In this document: positions 8,601-17,369 of the stretch, in pieces | How the letters are laid out: each line of letters starts with the position of its first letter | Position numbering within the stretch: position 1 is the stretch's first letter | Assembly (NCBI GenBank): GCA_009995545.1 | Contig: JAACPI010000002.1 | Location: forward strand, 2,965 to 66,964 | Direction of reading: 5' to 3' | DNA: 64,000 nucleotides | Source of the DNA: a bacterium | GTDB taxonomy: Bacteria > Patescibacteriota > WWE3 > 2-01-FULL-39-13 > JAACPI01 | Notes under the pieces: model-generated | The model's database searches: none | Seen by the model: the letters and a program-made list of their open reading frames with translations, nothing else | Told to the model about the DNA's origin: nothing | Translations under genes and position numbers: made by a program

Positions 8601-10824
8601 GATTTAAAGAAAAGGTCCCCACTTTAAAATAAATATTTGGGACATAAGAATCTAAAGCTTTCTCGGTAATAGTGTTAATGCCGGTATTTAAAGAAACCAC
8701 TTTATATTTATGCGTGTTAGCTCTTTCAACACTAAATAAAACATCTCGAGAGGTATCCGAATTAACTAAAAATTTTATTGTATCTCCAGGTGCGTAGAAA
8801 TCTTTCTCTGCTTTTATGTTAAGGGTGCTATCTAGATCAGAGGAACCAACATATTCTTTATCTGTAGCCCAAGCATAAAATTTATTTTGTAAGATGTTAC
8901 CTTTTTTGTCCGTGCCGCTAATCAGTATTTCGTAAGATCCTGATTTTTGCGGTGTAAAGCTTAGTGTTACCTCCCCCTCTTCATTGGTAGTTCCTACAGA
9001 CTCCAGAATCTTATCTTCTCTTTTTTCGTAATTAGGATACTTAGAATCTTTTGAATAAATTTTTTCCCACCAAATTCTTTTAACCTCGTAAGTTAAATTT
9101 ATGTTGTCTAAATTAACCAAATCAGTTGTATTGTTTTTAAGAATAATATCTAAGTCGACTGGTTTACCTACTAAAGAAGAGTAAGAGTAGTTTTGCTGTA
9201 AAATACTAAATTCTCCGTTGTAAACATACGCGTTAACTGCGTCTTTAACTGGATTACCGCTTTGATCAGTGTAAGACACTTCGATATTATAAATTTGGTT
9301 TCTTAAAGGGTCTTTGTTCTTTACAGCTTTAAAAGATAGTATACCAACCCCATTATTATCTAACTCGAGTTCACCGGTTTTTATTGAATTGCCTACGCCG
9401 TAATTAGGATACCAATGTTGCTCTGTGGATAAAAAGTTACTTAAATAAGTATAAGTATAAGTATCTGCAGAACTTATAGAATAATTTACCTTTGAATTGG
9501 ATAAAGGTTGGCCCGAAAAATAACTACCCTGAATTGAAAAAGCCATATCTTCACCTACTGTATAGGTACTTTTATCGGCCTTTATGCTAATTGTGTACTC
9601 TGGTTTACGGTAATGTTCAACATCAAAGTAAACTAGAGTTTCATAATTTTTTTCATTTGTAGGATCTCTAACAATTAGATAATGAGATTTATTAGTACTA
9701 GTCTTTTCGGGAAGAATAAACTCACCGGAAACACCCCCAAACTCATCTGGAACCTTAGTTTGAGAGTACAAAGGATCTCCCTCCCAAGAGTCTCTAATTT
9801 CAACTATTAAAGGAGCTGTATTAATAGTGTACTGAGAATCATTGTCTTGTCTTGTAAAAACTTTAAAATTTATTTTATCCCCGGGTTTGTAAATAGGTTT
9901 GTCAGTAAAACCAAAGTATTTAAGACTAGGTTTAAATTTGGTAAATCTATCATAGTCGTAAGAGTTCAAATAAACTAAATTAAGAGGGATAAGTGCCACT
10001 TGATCCTTGTAGTAAGCCAGAGCGATATCAGCTTTGGAGTCTAGTTCAGTTTCTATTAAGCCTTGAGATGAAAACTTTTTTTCTGAAATCTTGTCTTTTT
10101 TATCTTTAAGGCTGTATATGTCTAAGTTTCCTTCGTTAATACTCTTACCCGATAAAAAACTCTGTCCCCAAAATACAAAACTATCTTTATTTTGGGTACT
10201 GTAGACCCCAAAGTTAGAAACTATAACGTAAGCTTTAGAACTTTGATCGCCTAAACTAATGTCAATGTAAAATATTCCGGCTTCGTTTATAGGAAGGTCT
10301 ACATTAGCCTCACCGGAGTCATATTCCCCTAAAGGAACATCAAAGTCTAAAGAACCTAAATAGCTGTAACTCTCGTCATTTAATTCGGGCTGTTTGTTAG
10401 TTTGTTCGGTTGAGCCATTATCATTTGTTTTATATTGTAGGTATTTTAAAACTTCCGCTATATCCGTTTTATAAAGAGCAATTTTACCGTTTTTAGCTGT
10501 TTTATAGGCACCAATACGTAAGTTAATTTTATCAACAGAAGAATATGAAATAACCCCACCCATACTGTAGGCATAATCACCCCCAGAAATATGTATATAA
10601 GAAAAACTATTAGACGCAGATGTGCCTAAAACAGTTTTTTCTGAATCATTATTTTGTACAAAAGAATCTTCTTCAATGGAAATATTTTTTGGCGGTACAG
10701 GTTTGTGAATCAATCCAAAATTAAACAGAAAATAATAAGCTAAAGGTACAACTGACAAAAAAATAGCTATTAAATACTTTGAAAACTTTAGAATATTAAA
10801 CTTCGTTTTAGAAGATTTAGGCAT
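5668..10824 (-). CDS. Bacterial alpha-2-macroglobulin family protein with inserted Hint domain and N- and C-terminal TM helices
   Basis: MG2 motif FTDKPIYKPGDKINFK, VEHYRKPEY, bait-region flanks VVDKALF and LRSEFKDVAYW, PDNLTTW, thioester YPYGCVEQ, DGGWRWW, EDKLPSG and AEVMYSPEV. Confidence 0.93.
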   Translation of the reverse strand: MPKSSKTKFNILKFSKYLIAIFLSVVPLAYYFLFNFGLIHKPVPPKNISIEEDSFVQNNDSEKTVLGTSASNSFSYIHISGGDYAYSMGGVISYSSVDKINLRIGAYKTAKNGKIALYKTDIAEVLKYLQYKTNDNGSTEQTNKQPELNDESYSYLGSLDFDVPLGEYDSGEANVDLPINEAGIFYIDISLGDQSSKAYVIVSNFGVYSTQNKDSFVFWGQSFLSGKSINEGNLDIYSLKDKKDKISEKKFSSQGLIETELDSKADIALAYYKDQVALIPLNLVYLNSYDYDRFTKFKPSLKYFGFTDKPIYKPGDKINFKVFTRQDNDSQYTINTAPLIVEIRDSWEGDPLYSQTKVPDEFGGVSGEFILPEKTSTNKSHYLIVRDPTNEKNYETLVYFDVEHYRKPEYTISIKADKSTYTVGEDMAFSIQGSYFSGQPLSNSKVNYSISSADTYTYTYLSNFLSTEQHWYPNYGVGNSIKTGELELDNNGVGILSFKAVKNKDPLRNQIYNIEVSYTDQSGNPVKDAVNAYVYNGEFSILQQNYSYSSLVGKPVDLDIILKNNTTDLVNLDNINLTYEVKRIWWEKIYSKDSKYPNYEKREDKILESVGTTNEEGEVTLSFTPQKSGSYEILISGTDKKGNILQNKFYAWATDKEYVGSSDLDSTLNIKAEKDFYAPGDTIKFLVNSDTSRDVLFSVERANTHKYKVVSLNTGINTITEKALDSYVPNIYFKVGTFSLNQYIISSDSLDISSESKKLNVSLLPSSTKYGPGENVELKINTKDLTGANKSSEVTVWVVDKALFELSTSRMGNIFDTFWYQRYNNTTYSHSLEGIVVNTAERGGGCFAGDTDVLMQNGKTKNIQDIKVGDFVSTLSSDENGDMVTAKVLKTFKHTVSGYLIINGSLKVTPEHILNLNDTWQEAADTEIGDHLVGINGQQITVGSVEYIKGSFEVYNLEIENEHTYIAGGVWVHNDKGNLRSEFKDVAYWNPSVITDSNGNANINFKVPDNLTTWSILAVAASKDTAVGQNVTDITVSKDLVVRPILPNILRVGDSIILSSLIQNFSENTLEIEAKLESENLDIKSNLSKQISLATKEISQLFWKLVPKEAGDTKIKFSALSSNLSDEVEVSIPTITPGYWNKYAFNSSDSSSFKYTPSKNYDPKISKLEINLAPSLATSLLSQMDYLIYYPYGCVEQTTSRLVPAIIAAENPNIFPNLKQAKNLDEIINKGISRLMELQKYDGGWRWWGDGESDTYVSSYVYEYLIRSKNLGYEMDEYKLSLAKSYLLTKANNINTDSTIDRIFATYALSTDPSSKLTVKPLDADLFKNLPADVAATGVLLNTNLGVLDPGKSGLNELLSKKSELGDGIYWDYRDKDRFNSNYIPTATALKALVNSSTQSKEIKGVSESVVRYITAGLKDNGYYWSNTHATAKVIDALISYSKNSGEVNPSFDYEVTINGISISNGKVTAIGQSISTIEVDSNLLNNKDNTVEIIKNGEGKLYSTVLFKEFVNDQNDKGASNGITISRKYINTKGPDYNIAVGDLVNVMIEVNTSGSPYRYSVIEDKLPSGMIPVNTKLKNEANNNDYNLGDIEYLPDGVIKYQNSLDREVFSYTARVINAGEFTTPGAYAEVMYSPEVNARSASEKVKIDLESKKSLTSITKNFTKEYQKYIFLSIAVLFIFLLAIFFRTKYSQKTKSFLKLKGKKTNTELNEDSEV
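7234..7245 (-). other. Internal thioester motif CVEQ (Cys1194) of the alpha-2-macroglobulin
   Basis: Codons TGT GTT GAG CAA in the context YYPYGCVEQTTS. Confidence 0.9.
7903..8289 (-). other. Hint / bacterial intein-like (BIL, PT-HINT type) domain, 129 aa (Cys846-Asn974), no homing endonuclease
   Basis: Block A CFAGDT, block B VTPEH (TxxH), block F/G VYNLEIENEHTYIAGGVWVHN; preceded by GGG and followed by Asp. Confidence 0.92.
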
Positions 10825-10941
10825 TTAAATAATAATAGTACAAAGATAACTTTATAGAAAGAAATTTTAAACAATAGATAAAAACATAAACATAAACTAG
10901 AATAATTCATATAGAACTAAATATTAATTTTAAATAAAAAA

Positions 10942-11337
10942 ATGGAAGCAACAAAGCCCTCCCCAAAAGTTTCAAAGCAAGTTCCAGTCAATGATAATAG
11001 TACTTTAATAGCAATTTTAACCTTACTATTTATCAACCCCTTTGGAGTTTTTTATATGTGGTGGAAAGCCTCTTGGCACGTAGGGGTTAAAATTGTTGTT
11101 ACTATTTTTTCGGTACTATCTTGGTTAATCATGATACCTTTAGTTGTTGGGGTAATCCTACTAGCTATAAATCCAGAAGGACGAAATGCAGTTAACACAG
11201 GGATTGCTTGTGGAAAACAATGCCAGAATGCTACAGACATTGAAGCCTGTACACAAGAGTGCCTACAGCAAAATTTAGACATGGAGTTTGTAAACGATGC
11301 AGATGGTGCACAAGAAATACCAAAAATGGAGAAATAA
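10942..11337 (+). CDS. Membrane protein with Cys-rich C-terminal external segment
   Basis: Hydrophobic helices followed by C-x3-C-x8-C-x3-C (CGKQC...CTQEC). Confidence 0.7.
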   Translation: MEATKPSPKVSKQVPVNDNSTLIAILTLLFINPFGVFYMWWKASWHVGVKIVVTIFSVLSWLIMIPLVVGVILLAINPEGRNAVNTGIACGKQCQNATDIEACTQECLQQNLDMEFVNDADGAQEIPKMEK

Positions 11338-11361
11338 AATTAGATAACATAATTTAACTTT

Positions 11362-11399
11362 AACCCCGGGTAAGTAATTGGACCTGGGGTTTTTGTTTT
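11362..11399 (+). terminator. Rho-independent terminator
   Basis: aaccccgggt/acctggggtt stem followed by tttgtttt. Confidence 0.7.
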
Positions 11400-11426
11400 A
11401 AGTAAGCATAGGCTATTATTATATAA

Positions 11427-11801
11427 ATGAGTATTCCTAAAAGTCAGTATTCTGTAATATTCTTTTCACTCTTCGTCTTTGTAGGATCTTTTTTTTACTT
11501 TAATAAGAACGACAAACAAAGCACAAATGTTAAAGGAACCACAAAATCAAGAGAGATTCAAACTCCTGTAGATGCTCTAGTAATTAATCAAGACAGTACC
11601 GAAAATTCAGAACAAATTGTATACACCACAAGATTTACTAAAGATCAGCTAGACCAGTATTATAAAGAGCTATCTATTTTAGAGGGTTGGAAACAAATTA
11701 GCCCAGAAAACTATACCTTAGAGGGGAAAAACATTTACATTAAGGTTGAAAAAGAGTCGGAAGAAAAAAACCTAGTGACTTTAGAGTACGAGAACAACTA
11801 A
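11427..11801 (+). CDS. Hypothetical membrane-anchored protein
   Basis: N-terminal TM; TATTAT -10 six nt upstream of ATG. Confidence 0.65.
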   Translation: MSIPKSQYSVIFFSLFVFVGSFFYFNKNDKQSTNVKGTTKSREIQTPVDALVINQDSTENSEQIVYTTRFTKDQLDQYYKELSILEGWKQISPENYTLEGKNIYIKVEKESEEKNLVTLEYENN

Positions 11802-11810
11802 CCCATTAAT

Positions 11811-13592
11811 TTAAATCCCTCGTCGGTACAAGGCTGCCCAAGGCACATAGTAGCTTTTAAACTCATCGTCGTATAAAACCTTATTATCTTTAGTTACTTT
11901 GCGCGTAAAAGAGGCGCTGGCTCCGTATGAGGGCCACTCTTCTTGAATAATAGTACCTTTTGGTAAGGAAGGATCATCAACATAAACTGGTGCTGGAGGG
12001 GGAACTTGACTTAAGATTTTAGGCTCACTCAAGTCAACAGTTCTACCATCTTTTGTTCCGTAAATTTTAACTTCGAGTTTTTTAGCCTGAATATCTAAAA
12101 CAGTGTATACCAATATATAATTTTCCATATCATTTTTGAAAACGAAATCTACAGAAGGTTGGTAGATTGTGGCATCCAAACCAATAGGAGACTTTTCTTC
12201 GTAATAGCTGACTCTGTAGGCATGCGCCGTTCTTTTAACAATAGGTAAACCGGCATAAAGAGCTGCCCTAAATACAGTTGTGCTAACCTGACAAACCCCG
12301 CCCCCGGTACCTAAAACAGTTCTGCCCTTGCTAATAATGTAACCCGTGTTAAAACCATGTTCTACATCAATTGGACCAACAGCATCATTAAAACTAAAGT
12401 TTTCTCCAGGTGCAACTAAGGTTCCTTTAACTTTTTGGCTGGCAGTGGCAATGTTGCTAATTCTATTAGAACTACTGTGAGAAAAATAAGAAACTCCCTC
12501 TGCGATTAGTTCTTTTATGCCATAATCGTTGGCATTTTGTTCTGGCCGTGTCTCCGAAATGTCTAAAGCAATAGAATTATTAACATCTTTTAAAGCGTTA
12601 AAATCATAGCTTTTAATATACTGGGATAAGTCGTTTTCGAGTGTAGACCTGTTGATTGATAAACCTAGTACAGGAGGACTAAACACAATATCCCCATTTT
12701 CTTTTAGCTCAAACTGGGTACTTTTTGCTTCAACATCAACCTTAGACCCTACAATATTTATAAAAGATAAAATACCATATTTATTTGGGGTAATTAGCAA
12801 CGTGCCTTGGGGGTTTTTACTAAAATCTAATAAAGATAATTTTTCTGAAGAGTTTGCAGAAACCTCAATATTCTTATATGTAAAAAACAAGGGGGACTGT
12901 AAGTAATACTCGACTCCTTGAGTAAAGGGTTCTAGGTCGCTGCCAAATATCGTAGGAACATACTCACTGGTAACTAACTGGTGTTCAAACTTGTAAGTTA
13001 AAAAACCTTTTTCAATATCTTTTTTTACACTTAGTAAATCCAGTAGTAAACCCGGCTGGGCTTCTTGGATTATCAATTCTTCTTGATCATTTAATATAAA
13101 ACTTGCATTACTTACCTGAGGATATTTTTGCGCCGAAAAGTTAGCTAACAAAGAGTTTAATTTAGATTCTTCGTAGTGGTAATCTAAAGAAATATTTTCT
13201 ACAGGTTTAAAAAAACCAATGGCGTAAGTTAACGGGGATAAAAAATTCTGCCTACCAGTGCTAAATACTTTCGTATAAGTACTAGTTAAATCATATTTAA
13301 AGTCTAAATCACTTAAACTTATTTCGTAAACACTCTTCTCTCCGTCTGCTGTAGAAGAAAAATAAAGCTTAATAGTATCCGGGTGATTAAAATATAAGTT
13401 TTTTAGTTTTTCGTGTGCCTCTTTTTTAGTCAGTCCACCAAAATACTGATCATTAACATAAACACCAGGAAGTATACGGGTTGAAAAATAAAAATTGTAG
13501 GAGGCTACAGCAAAAAAACAAATGCTAAAAAAATACAAAGCCCCGCTTATAGGAGGTAAGGAGAACCTTACCTTAGGTAGTTGGTTTATCAT
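11811..13592 (-). CDS. VanW family protein with N-terminal peptidoglycan-binding-type region and C-terminal G5-like domain
   Basis: ILPGVYVN...GGLTKKEA, NRISNI, PGENFSFN, GGGVCQVSTTVFRAAL, GLDAT, DDPSLPKG. Confidence 0.9.
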   Translation of the reverse strand: MINQLPKVRFSLPPISGALYFFSICFFAVASYNFYFSTRILPGVYVNDQYFGGLTKKEAHEKLKNLYFNHPDTIKLYFSSTADGEKSVYEISLSDLDFKYDLTSTYTKVFSTGRQNFLSPLTYAIGFFKPVENISLDYHYEESKLNSLLANFSAQKYPQVSNASFILNDQEELIIQEAQPGLLLDLLSVKKDIEKGFLTYKFEHQLVTSEYVPTIFGSDLEPFTQGVEYYLQSPLFFTYKNIEVSANSSEKLSLLDFSKNPQGTLLITPNKYGILSFINIVGSKVDVEAKSTQFELKENGDIVFSPPVLGLSINRSTLENDLSQYIKSYDFNALKDVNNSIALDISETRPEQNANDYGIKELIAEGVSYFSHSSSNRISNIATASQKVKGTLVAPGENFSFNDAVGPIDVEHGFNTGYIISKGRTVLGTGGGVCQVSTTVFRAALYAGLPIVKRTAHAYRVSYYEEKSPIGLDATIYQPSVDFVFKNDMENYILVYTVLDIQAKKLEVKIYGTKDGRTVDLSEPKILSQVPPPAPVYVDDPSLPKGTIIQEEWPSYGASASFTRKVTKDNKVLYDDEFKSYYVPWAALYRRGI

Positions 13593-14133
13593 TATTACTA
13601 TTAGTTAGAGATCTTCGTTTTTGTCTTACCAAAAATCTAGACAGGTCTTCTCCTAAATCTGTATATTTATCAGCGGCCTCTATCAAAGAGCTACTTGTAG
13701 TTTTTCTAAAAGACATGACTTCAACCTTGCATCCTTGATTATTCTGTAGATACCTTACCAAAGGAACATAATCACCATCCCCCCCAACTAAAACTACTAC
13801 GTCTACTTTAGAGGCTAAAGTTACTGCATCTATGGTTAAACCCACATCCCAGTCGCCTTTTTTAGCACCCCCAGAGAAAATTTGGAGCTCTTTAGCTCTA
13901 ACCTCATAACCCTGTGACTCTAGAGCATCAAAAAAGTCCTGCTCTTTTCCAACGTCTGCTTTTATAACATAGGCGAACGCCCGCATTAGATTTCGATCCC
14001 CCACACCCGCAGATAAGGTTTCACCAAAATTTAAGTTAGAGGAGTACAAGTTTTTACAGGAATAGTACATATTTTGAACATCCACAAAAACCCCTACCCG
14101 CTGTTCTTTAAAAGAAATATTTTTATAAGCCAT
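13573..14133 (-). CDS. NYN domain protein (LabA/DUF88, PIN-like nuclease fold)
   Basis: VFVDVQNMY, KKGDWDVGLTID, GGDGDYVPLV, LIEAAD. Confidence 0.92.
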   Translation of the reverse strand: MAYKNISFKEQRVGVFVDVQNMYYSCKNLYSSNLNFGETLSAGVGDRNLMRAFAYVIKADVGKEQDFFDALESQGYEVRAKELQIFSGGAKKGDWDVGLTIDAVTLASKVDVVVLVGGDGDYVPLVRYLQNNQGCKVEVMSFRKTTSSSLIEAADKYTDLGEDLSRFLVRQKRRSLTNSNNDKPTT

Positions 14134-14164
14134 AGTTATTTAAATTTTAAAATAGAACAAAACT

Positions 14165-14407
14165 TTAGTTTAAGCTAGTTGTTCTTCTTATGTAAGTGAT
14201 TACACCGAAAATTAAAAAAATTGTCCCAACAACTGCAAAAAATAAACTTAATAAATAGGTATTGGGGCCCTCAAAAAAACTAAAAATACCAAGTCCAAAG
14301 GCCATAAAGGCAAATGAAGTTCTGGCGTAAGATAAAGCAGTCCTCTCTATAGCCAACTTAGTTTGTATATAAGAATACTTAGCAATATCTTCAACGTGCT
14401 TCTTCAT
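14165..14407 (-). CDS. DUF202 (YidH-like) membrane protein
   Basis: LAIERTALSYARTS motif plus two TM helices. Confidence 0.85.
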   Translation of the reverse strand: MKKHVEDIAKYSYIQTKLAIERTALSYARTSFAFMAFGLGIFSFFEGPNTYLLSLFFAVVGTIFLIFGVITYIRRTTSLN

Positions 14408-14537
14408 TTAGGCAAGAAAATTTGTACTTTTTTAAATCCATTTATGAGCAACTTTAAACTCAGGTACCAAGTATATCTTAACACGAGTTCTAATTTTTCT
14501 CTTAGTATAAATCTATAAACAATCTATAATATAAGTA

Positions 14538-15161
14538 ATGCCAGACGATAAAAGTCCTAATCTTGTTAAAAAATACATATTAGACATAAATGAAAATTCA
14601 ATTAAGGACATTAGCAAAGTTTCTGAAAAAAATCGAAAGGGTGTAGAAGAAATAATTGCCCTTAAAAAAAAGCGAGCAGAAAGCCCAAAAACTTACTATG
14701 TGAATGGTAATAAAATTGAAAATTCGGAAAAAAAAGTACAGGGACTATTAAAAAAACTTACTGAAAAAAACCCTGATTTAGCATATGAAAGCAATTATAA
14801 CTTACTTCAACTCAGTAACGTAAAATTTATCTTTGCCCTCTCCATAATTTTGGGTATTACCTATACCTTTGGAATATACTTTATATACCAAGTTTTTAGA
14901 TTGACCTACCACCTACCTTACCTTCCTCAAGTTAGTAACTTTGTAATAGGTGCCCTAGCGGGAATAGCAAGTTACGAAATAATTTTAAAAAAGAAAGAGG
15001 AAGAACTAAATAACCTTCTATTAAAAGGTATTATTTTGGATGTTAAAAAGGAATATGCAAGACAAAAAAATGAATTCGCCTTTGAAATAGCTTATTTTAC
15101 ACCTGTTTTAGTATTTGCTCTTTTAATCGTAGAGTATGTAATTATTTTGGCTGTTTTTTAA
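14538..15161 (+). CDS. Hypothetical membrane protein
   Basis: Charged N-terminus and three TM segments; TATAAT just upstream. Confidence 0.65.
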   Translation: MPDDKSPNLVKKYILDINENSIKDISKVSEKNRKGVEEIIALKKKRAESPKTYYVNGNKIENSEKKVQGLLKKLTEKNPDLAYESNYNLLQLSNVKFIFALSIILGITYTFGIYFIYQVFRLTYHLPYLPQVSNFVIGALAGIASYEIILKKKEEELNNLLLKGIILDVKKEYARQKNEFAFEIAYFTPVLVFALLIVEYVIILAVF

Positions 15162-15678
15162 AAAGATAAATAGCAGAAAACAAGGCAGTAAGCATAAAAG
15201 CTGAAAAAGCCATAAAAGGTATTGTTACGTAATTAAAATTCATTATAAATTGCTGGGAACAATCTAAAGAATAACCCACAGCTGAACAAGAAGCTCCCGT
15301 AGCCCAACCCCTCTGTAAAGCATAATGATAAAAGGCCAAGGGAGCACCTAAAACGGACAAAACTAAAGTATAGCGAACGATATTTTTATCTTTTAAAATT
15401 ATAGCTAACCAATATAAAAAAACCTGCGGGTACATAAAAATTCTTTGATACCAACACAACTTACAGGGTGCATACTGTAAAATTTCGGAATAATATAAGC
15501 TACCTATAGTAGCGGTAAAAACTATTATCAGATTTAAAAATAAGACCCAGTCTTTAATATATTTGGTACAAAAACACCTAAACTTAAAAATAATGCTAGA
15601 CAAGTTCATTAACCCAACTAGTAGAAAAATAAAGTTAGCAAAAATAGTTAAATAAGGAAGAATTATTTTAAAAGACAT
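15142..15678 (-). CDS. dsbB: Disulfide bond formation protein B (BdbC/DsbB type)
   Basis: GSLYYSE...PCKLCWYQRIFMYP, a second Cys pair, and VTIPFMA. Confidence 0.9.
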   Translation of the reverse strand: MSFKIILPYLTIFANFIFLLVGLMNLSSIIFKFRCFCTKYIKDWVLFLNLIIVFTATIGSLYYSEILQYAPCKLCWYQRIFMYPQVFLYWLAIILKDKNIVRYTLVLSVLGAPLAFYHYALQRGWATGASCSAVGYSLDCSQQFIMNFNYVTIPFMAFSAFMLTALFSAIYLFKKQPK

Positions 15679-15730
15679 GAGAATACTATATAGCCAATTG
15701 CAGACAAAATGAAGCTTCTAAGGGGTAAAC

Positions 15731-15760
15731 AAAAAAGCGGGGCACTGACGCCCCGCTTTT
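15731..15760 (-). terminator. Rho-independent terminator
   Basis: aaaagcggggc/gccccgctttt stem with an A-run giving a U-tract on the minus strand. Confidence 0.85.
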
Positions 15761-15780
15761 AAACTTTCACTGTGGGTTTT

Positions 15781-16284
15781 TTATCTGTTTCTACCCAAGG
15801 AGAGACCGTACTGTTCTAATACAGATCTTATTTGATCTCTAAAACCAGCTACCTTTTCTCTAAAAGAATTTCTAACATCTGCTGTATCAGATCTAAATTC
15901 TTCTCTTCCCTCTAAAGTTGTCTTGTCGTAATTTTCGGATTCAGTCATCATATAATTATGCATTTCATCTCTTGCACTGTCTAAAGCCTCTTCTTGATTC
16001 TTTAAGTCTGCAGTATTAAACCCCGCTTCTTCTAATTGTGCAAATCTCTCACCCATTCTCTGCTCTCTTTGACCTTGTCTTTCAGATCTTAACGCATCTC
16101 TTTCATCTTGAGTTAAATTAACCATTTGCTCATGACGAGCTTCTGGGTTTTGCATTTTAAATCCTTGTCCATCACCAGCGCCGTTTCCTCCAAAGGCGGA
16201 TACGCCTGAAACCCCGCTAAAAAATAGGGTGGAGGAAATTAAAACGGCAGGCAAAATATATGATTTATATTTTGTGTTTTTCAT
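15781..16284 (-). CDS. Secreted charged alpha-helical protein (Spy/CpxP-like character)
   Basis: Signal peptide ending VSA, Gly-rich linker, Arg/Glu/Gln/Met-rich helical body. Confidence 0.6.
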   Translation of the reverse strand: MKNTKYKSYILPAVLISSTLFFSGVSGVSAFGGNGAGDGQGFKMQNPEARHEQMVNLTQDERDALRSERQGQREQRMGERFAQLEEAGFNTADLKNQEEALDSARDEMHNYMMTESENYDKTTLEGREEFRSDTADVRNSFREKVAGFRDQIRSVLEQYGLSLGRNR

Positions 16285-16312
16285 AATTATTTATGAAATT
16301 AATACTAGGTAT

Positions 16313-16344
16313 ACTTTAGCAACCCAAAGTAAGAGTAAGGTAAG
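16313..16344 (-). promoter_or_regulatory. Promoter with CTTAC-N6-CTTAC direct repeat (putative site for the 17370..18023 regulator)
   Basis: Minus strand reads cttac cttact cttac tttgggt TGc TAAAGT. Confidence 0.55.
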
Positions 16345-16392
16345 CCGAGGTTAATAAAAAAATAAGGGGAGGGCAATAATAAAGGGCTATTT

Positions 16393-17364
16393 TTAGGAAC
16401 TCCAAGTTAAGGTAACTTCAGTGCCTCGGCCCTCTCTACTTTTCAAATCAACAATAAAGTTATTTTTTTCGGCAATCTTTTTTACTAAAGATAACCCAAT
16501 TCCAGAACCCTGAACTTTTCGGGTTACAGTATTGTCTTCTCTATAAAAACTTTCAAATATTTTACCAAGGTTTTCTTTTTTAACGCCTATACCTTGGTTT
16601 AGTACCGAAATAATTTTGTTTTTATCTTTAATTTTAGAAGAAATTATAATTTTAGACTTTGGATTTGAGTATTTAATAGCGTTGTCTAGAATAATAGATA
16701 AGCTAGTTTGTATCTGATCTTTAGACCCTTCTATTACAAAATTATCTAAAATCGAATCGACGATCGTTAACCCTTGTTCTTTGGCCGAATACCTTTTACC
16801 TTCAATACAAGAATCTATAATTTCTTTAGCTTTAAATTTTTCGTTTTGCGTTTTGGATTTATCTATTCTAACTAATGTTAGTAGGCTATCTGTTATGCTC
16901 TGTATCCTATCAGCCTCTTCTTCAACACTAGATATAAAATTGGCGTAATCATTTTTAGAAGCATTTTTTAAAGCCTTAATATTTTCTACCTCTAGCTTTA
17001 TATTTTGTACAGGGGTTCTAAGTTCGTGAGAAACATCCCCCGCAAACTCCTCTTTTTGCTTTAAAGATTTTTCAATTGGTTTAAGAGTTGCCCCACTTAA
17101 AAAGTAAGCTACAAAGGCTGAAGGAATAAGTAAAACTAAATCAAAAATTAAAGTTCTATTCCTAAAGTTGTATTCCAAATTTTGAAATCTATTTTCCATT
17201 CGGTGCAGAGTTCTTTCAACAGCGTCATCATTCATTCTAAATTTTTGCACCTCTGACCTGTGCGTAGTCAAGGAAACTAAAAAAGACATACTTACGATAC
17301 ACAAGAATATTATTATATAAATTAAAGTAAGTTTTAATCTTGCTGTTTTAAGTTCTATCCCCAT
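16393..17364 (-). CDS. Sensor histidine kinase
   Basis: DVSHELRTP, ILDNAIKYS, NQGIGV, GSGIGL; two TM. Confidence 0.95.
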   Translation of the reverse strand: MGIELKTARLKLTLIYIIIFLCIVSMSFLVSLTTHRSEVQKFRMNDDAVERTLHRMENRFQNLEYNFRNRTLIFDLVLLIPSAFVAYFLSGATLKPIEKSLKQKEEFAGDVSHELRTPVQNIKLEVENIKALKNASKNDYANFISSVEEEADRIQSITDSLLTLVRIDKSKTQNEKFKAKEIIDSCIEGKRYSAKEQGLTIVDSILDNFVIEGSKDQIQTSLSIILDNAIKYSNPKSKIIISSKIKDKNKIISVLNQGIGVKKENLGKIFESFYREDNTVTRKVQGSGIGLSLVKKIAEKNNFIVDLKSREGRGTEVTLTWSS

Positions 17365-17369
17365 ACAAT

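Noticed and set aside
11811-13592. Vancomycin resistance locus
   Set aside because: VanW-domain proteins are widespread cell-wall proteins, and no vanHAX-type genes are nearby.
13573-14133. NYN nuclease as part of a defence or toxin system
   Set aside because: A stand-alone LabA/DUF88-type gene in a housekeeping-like context, with no partner antitoxin or defence genes.
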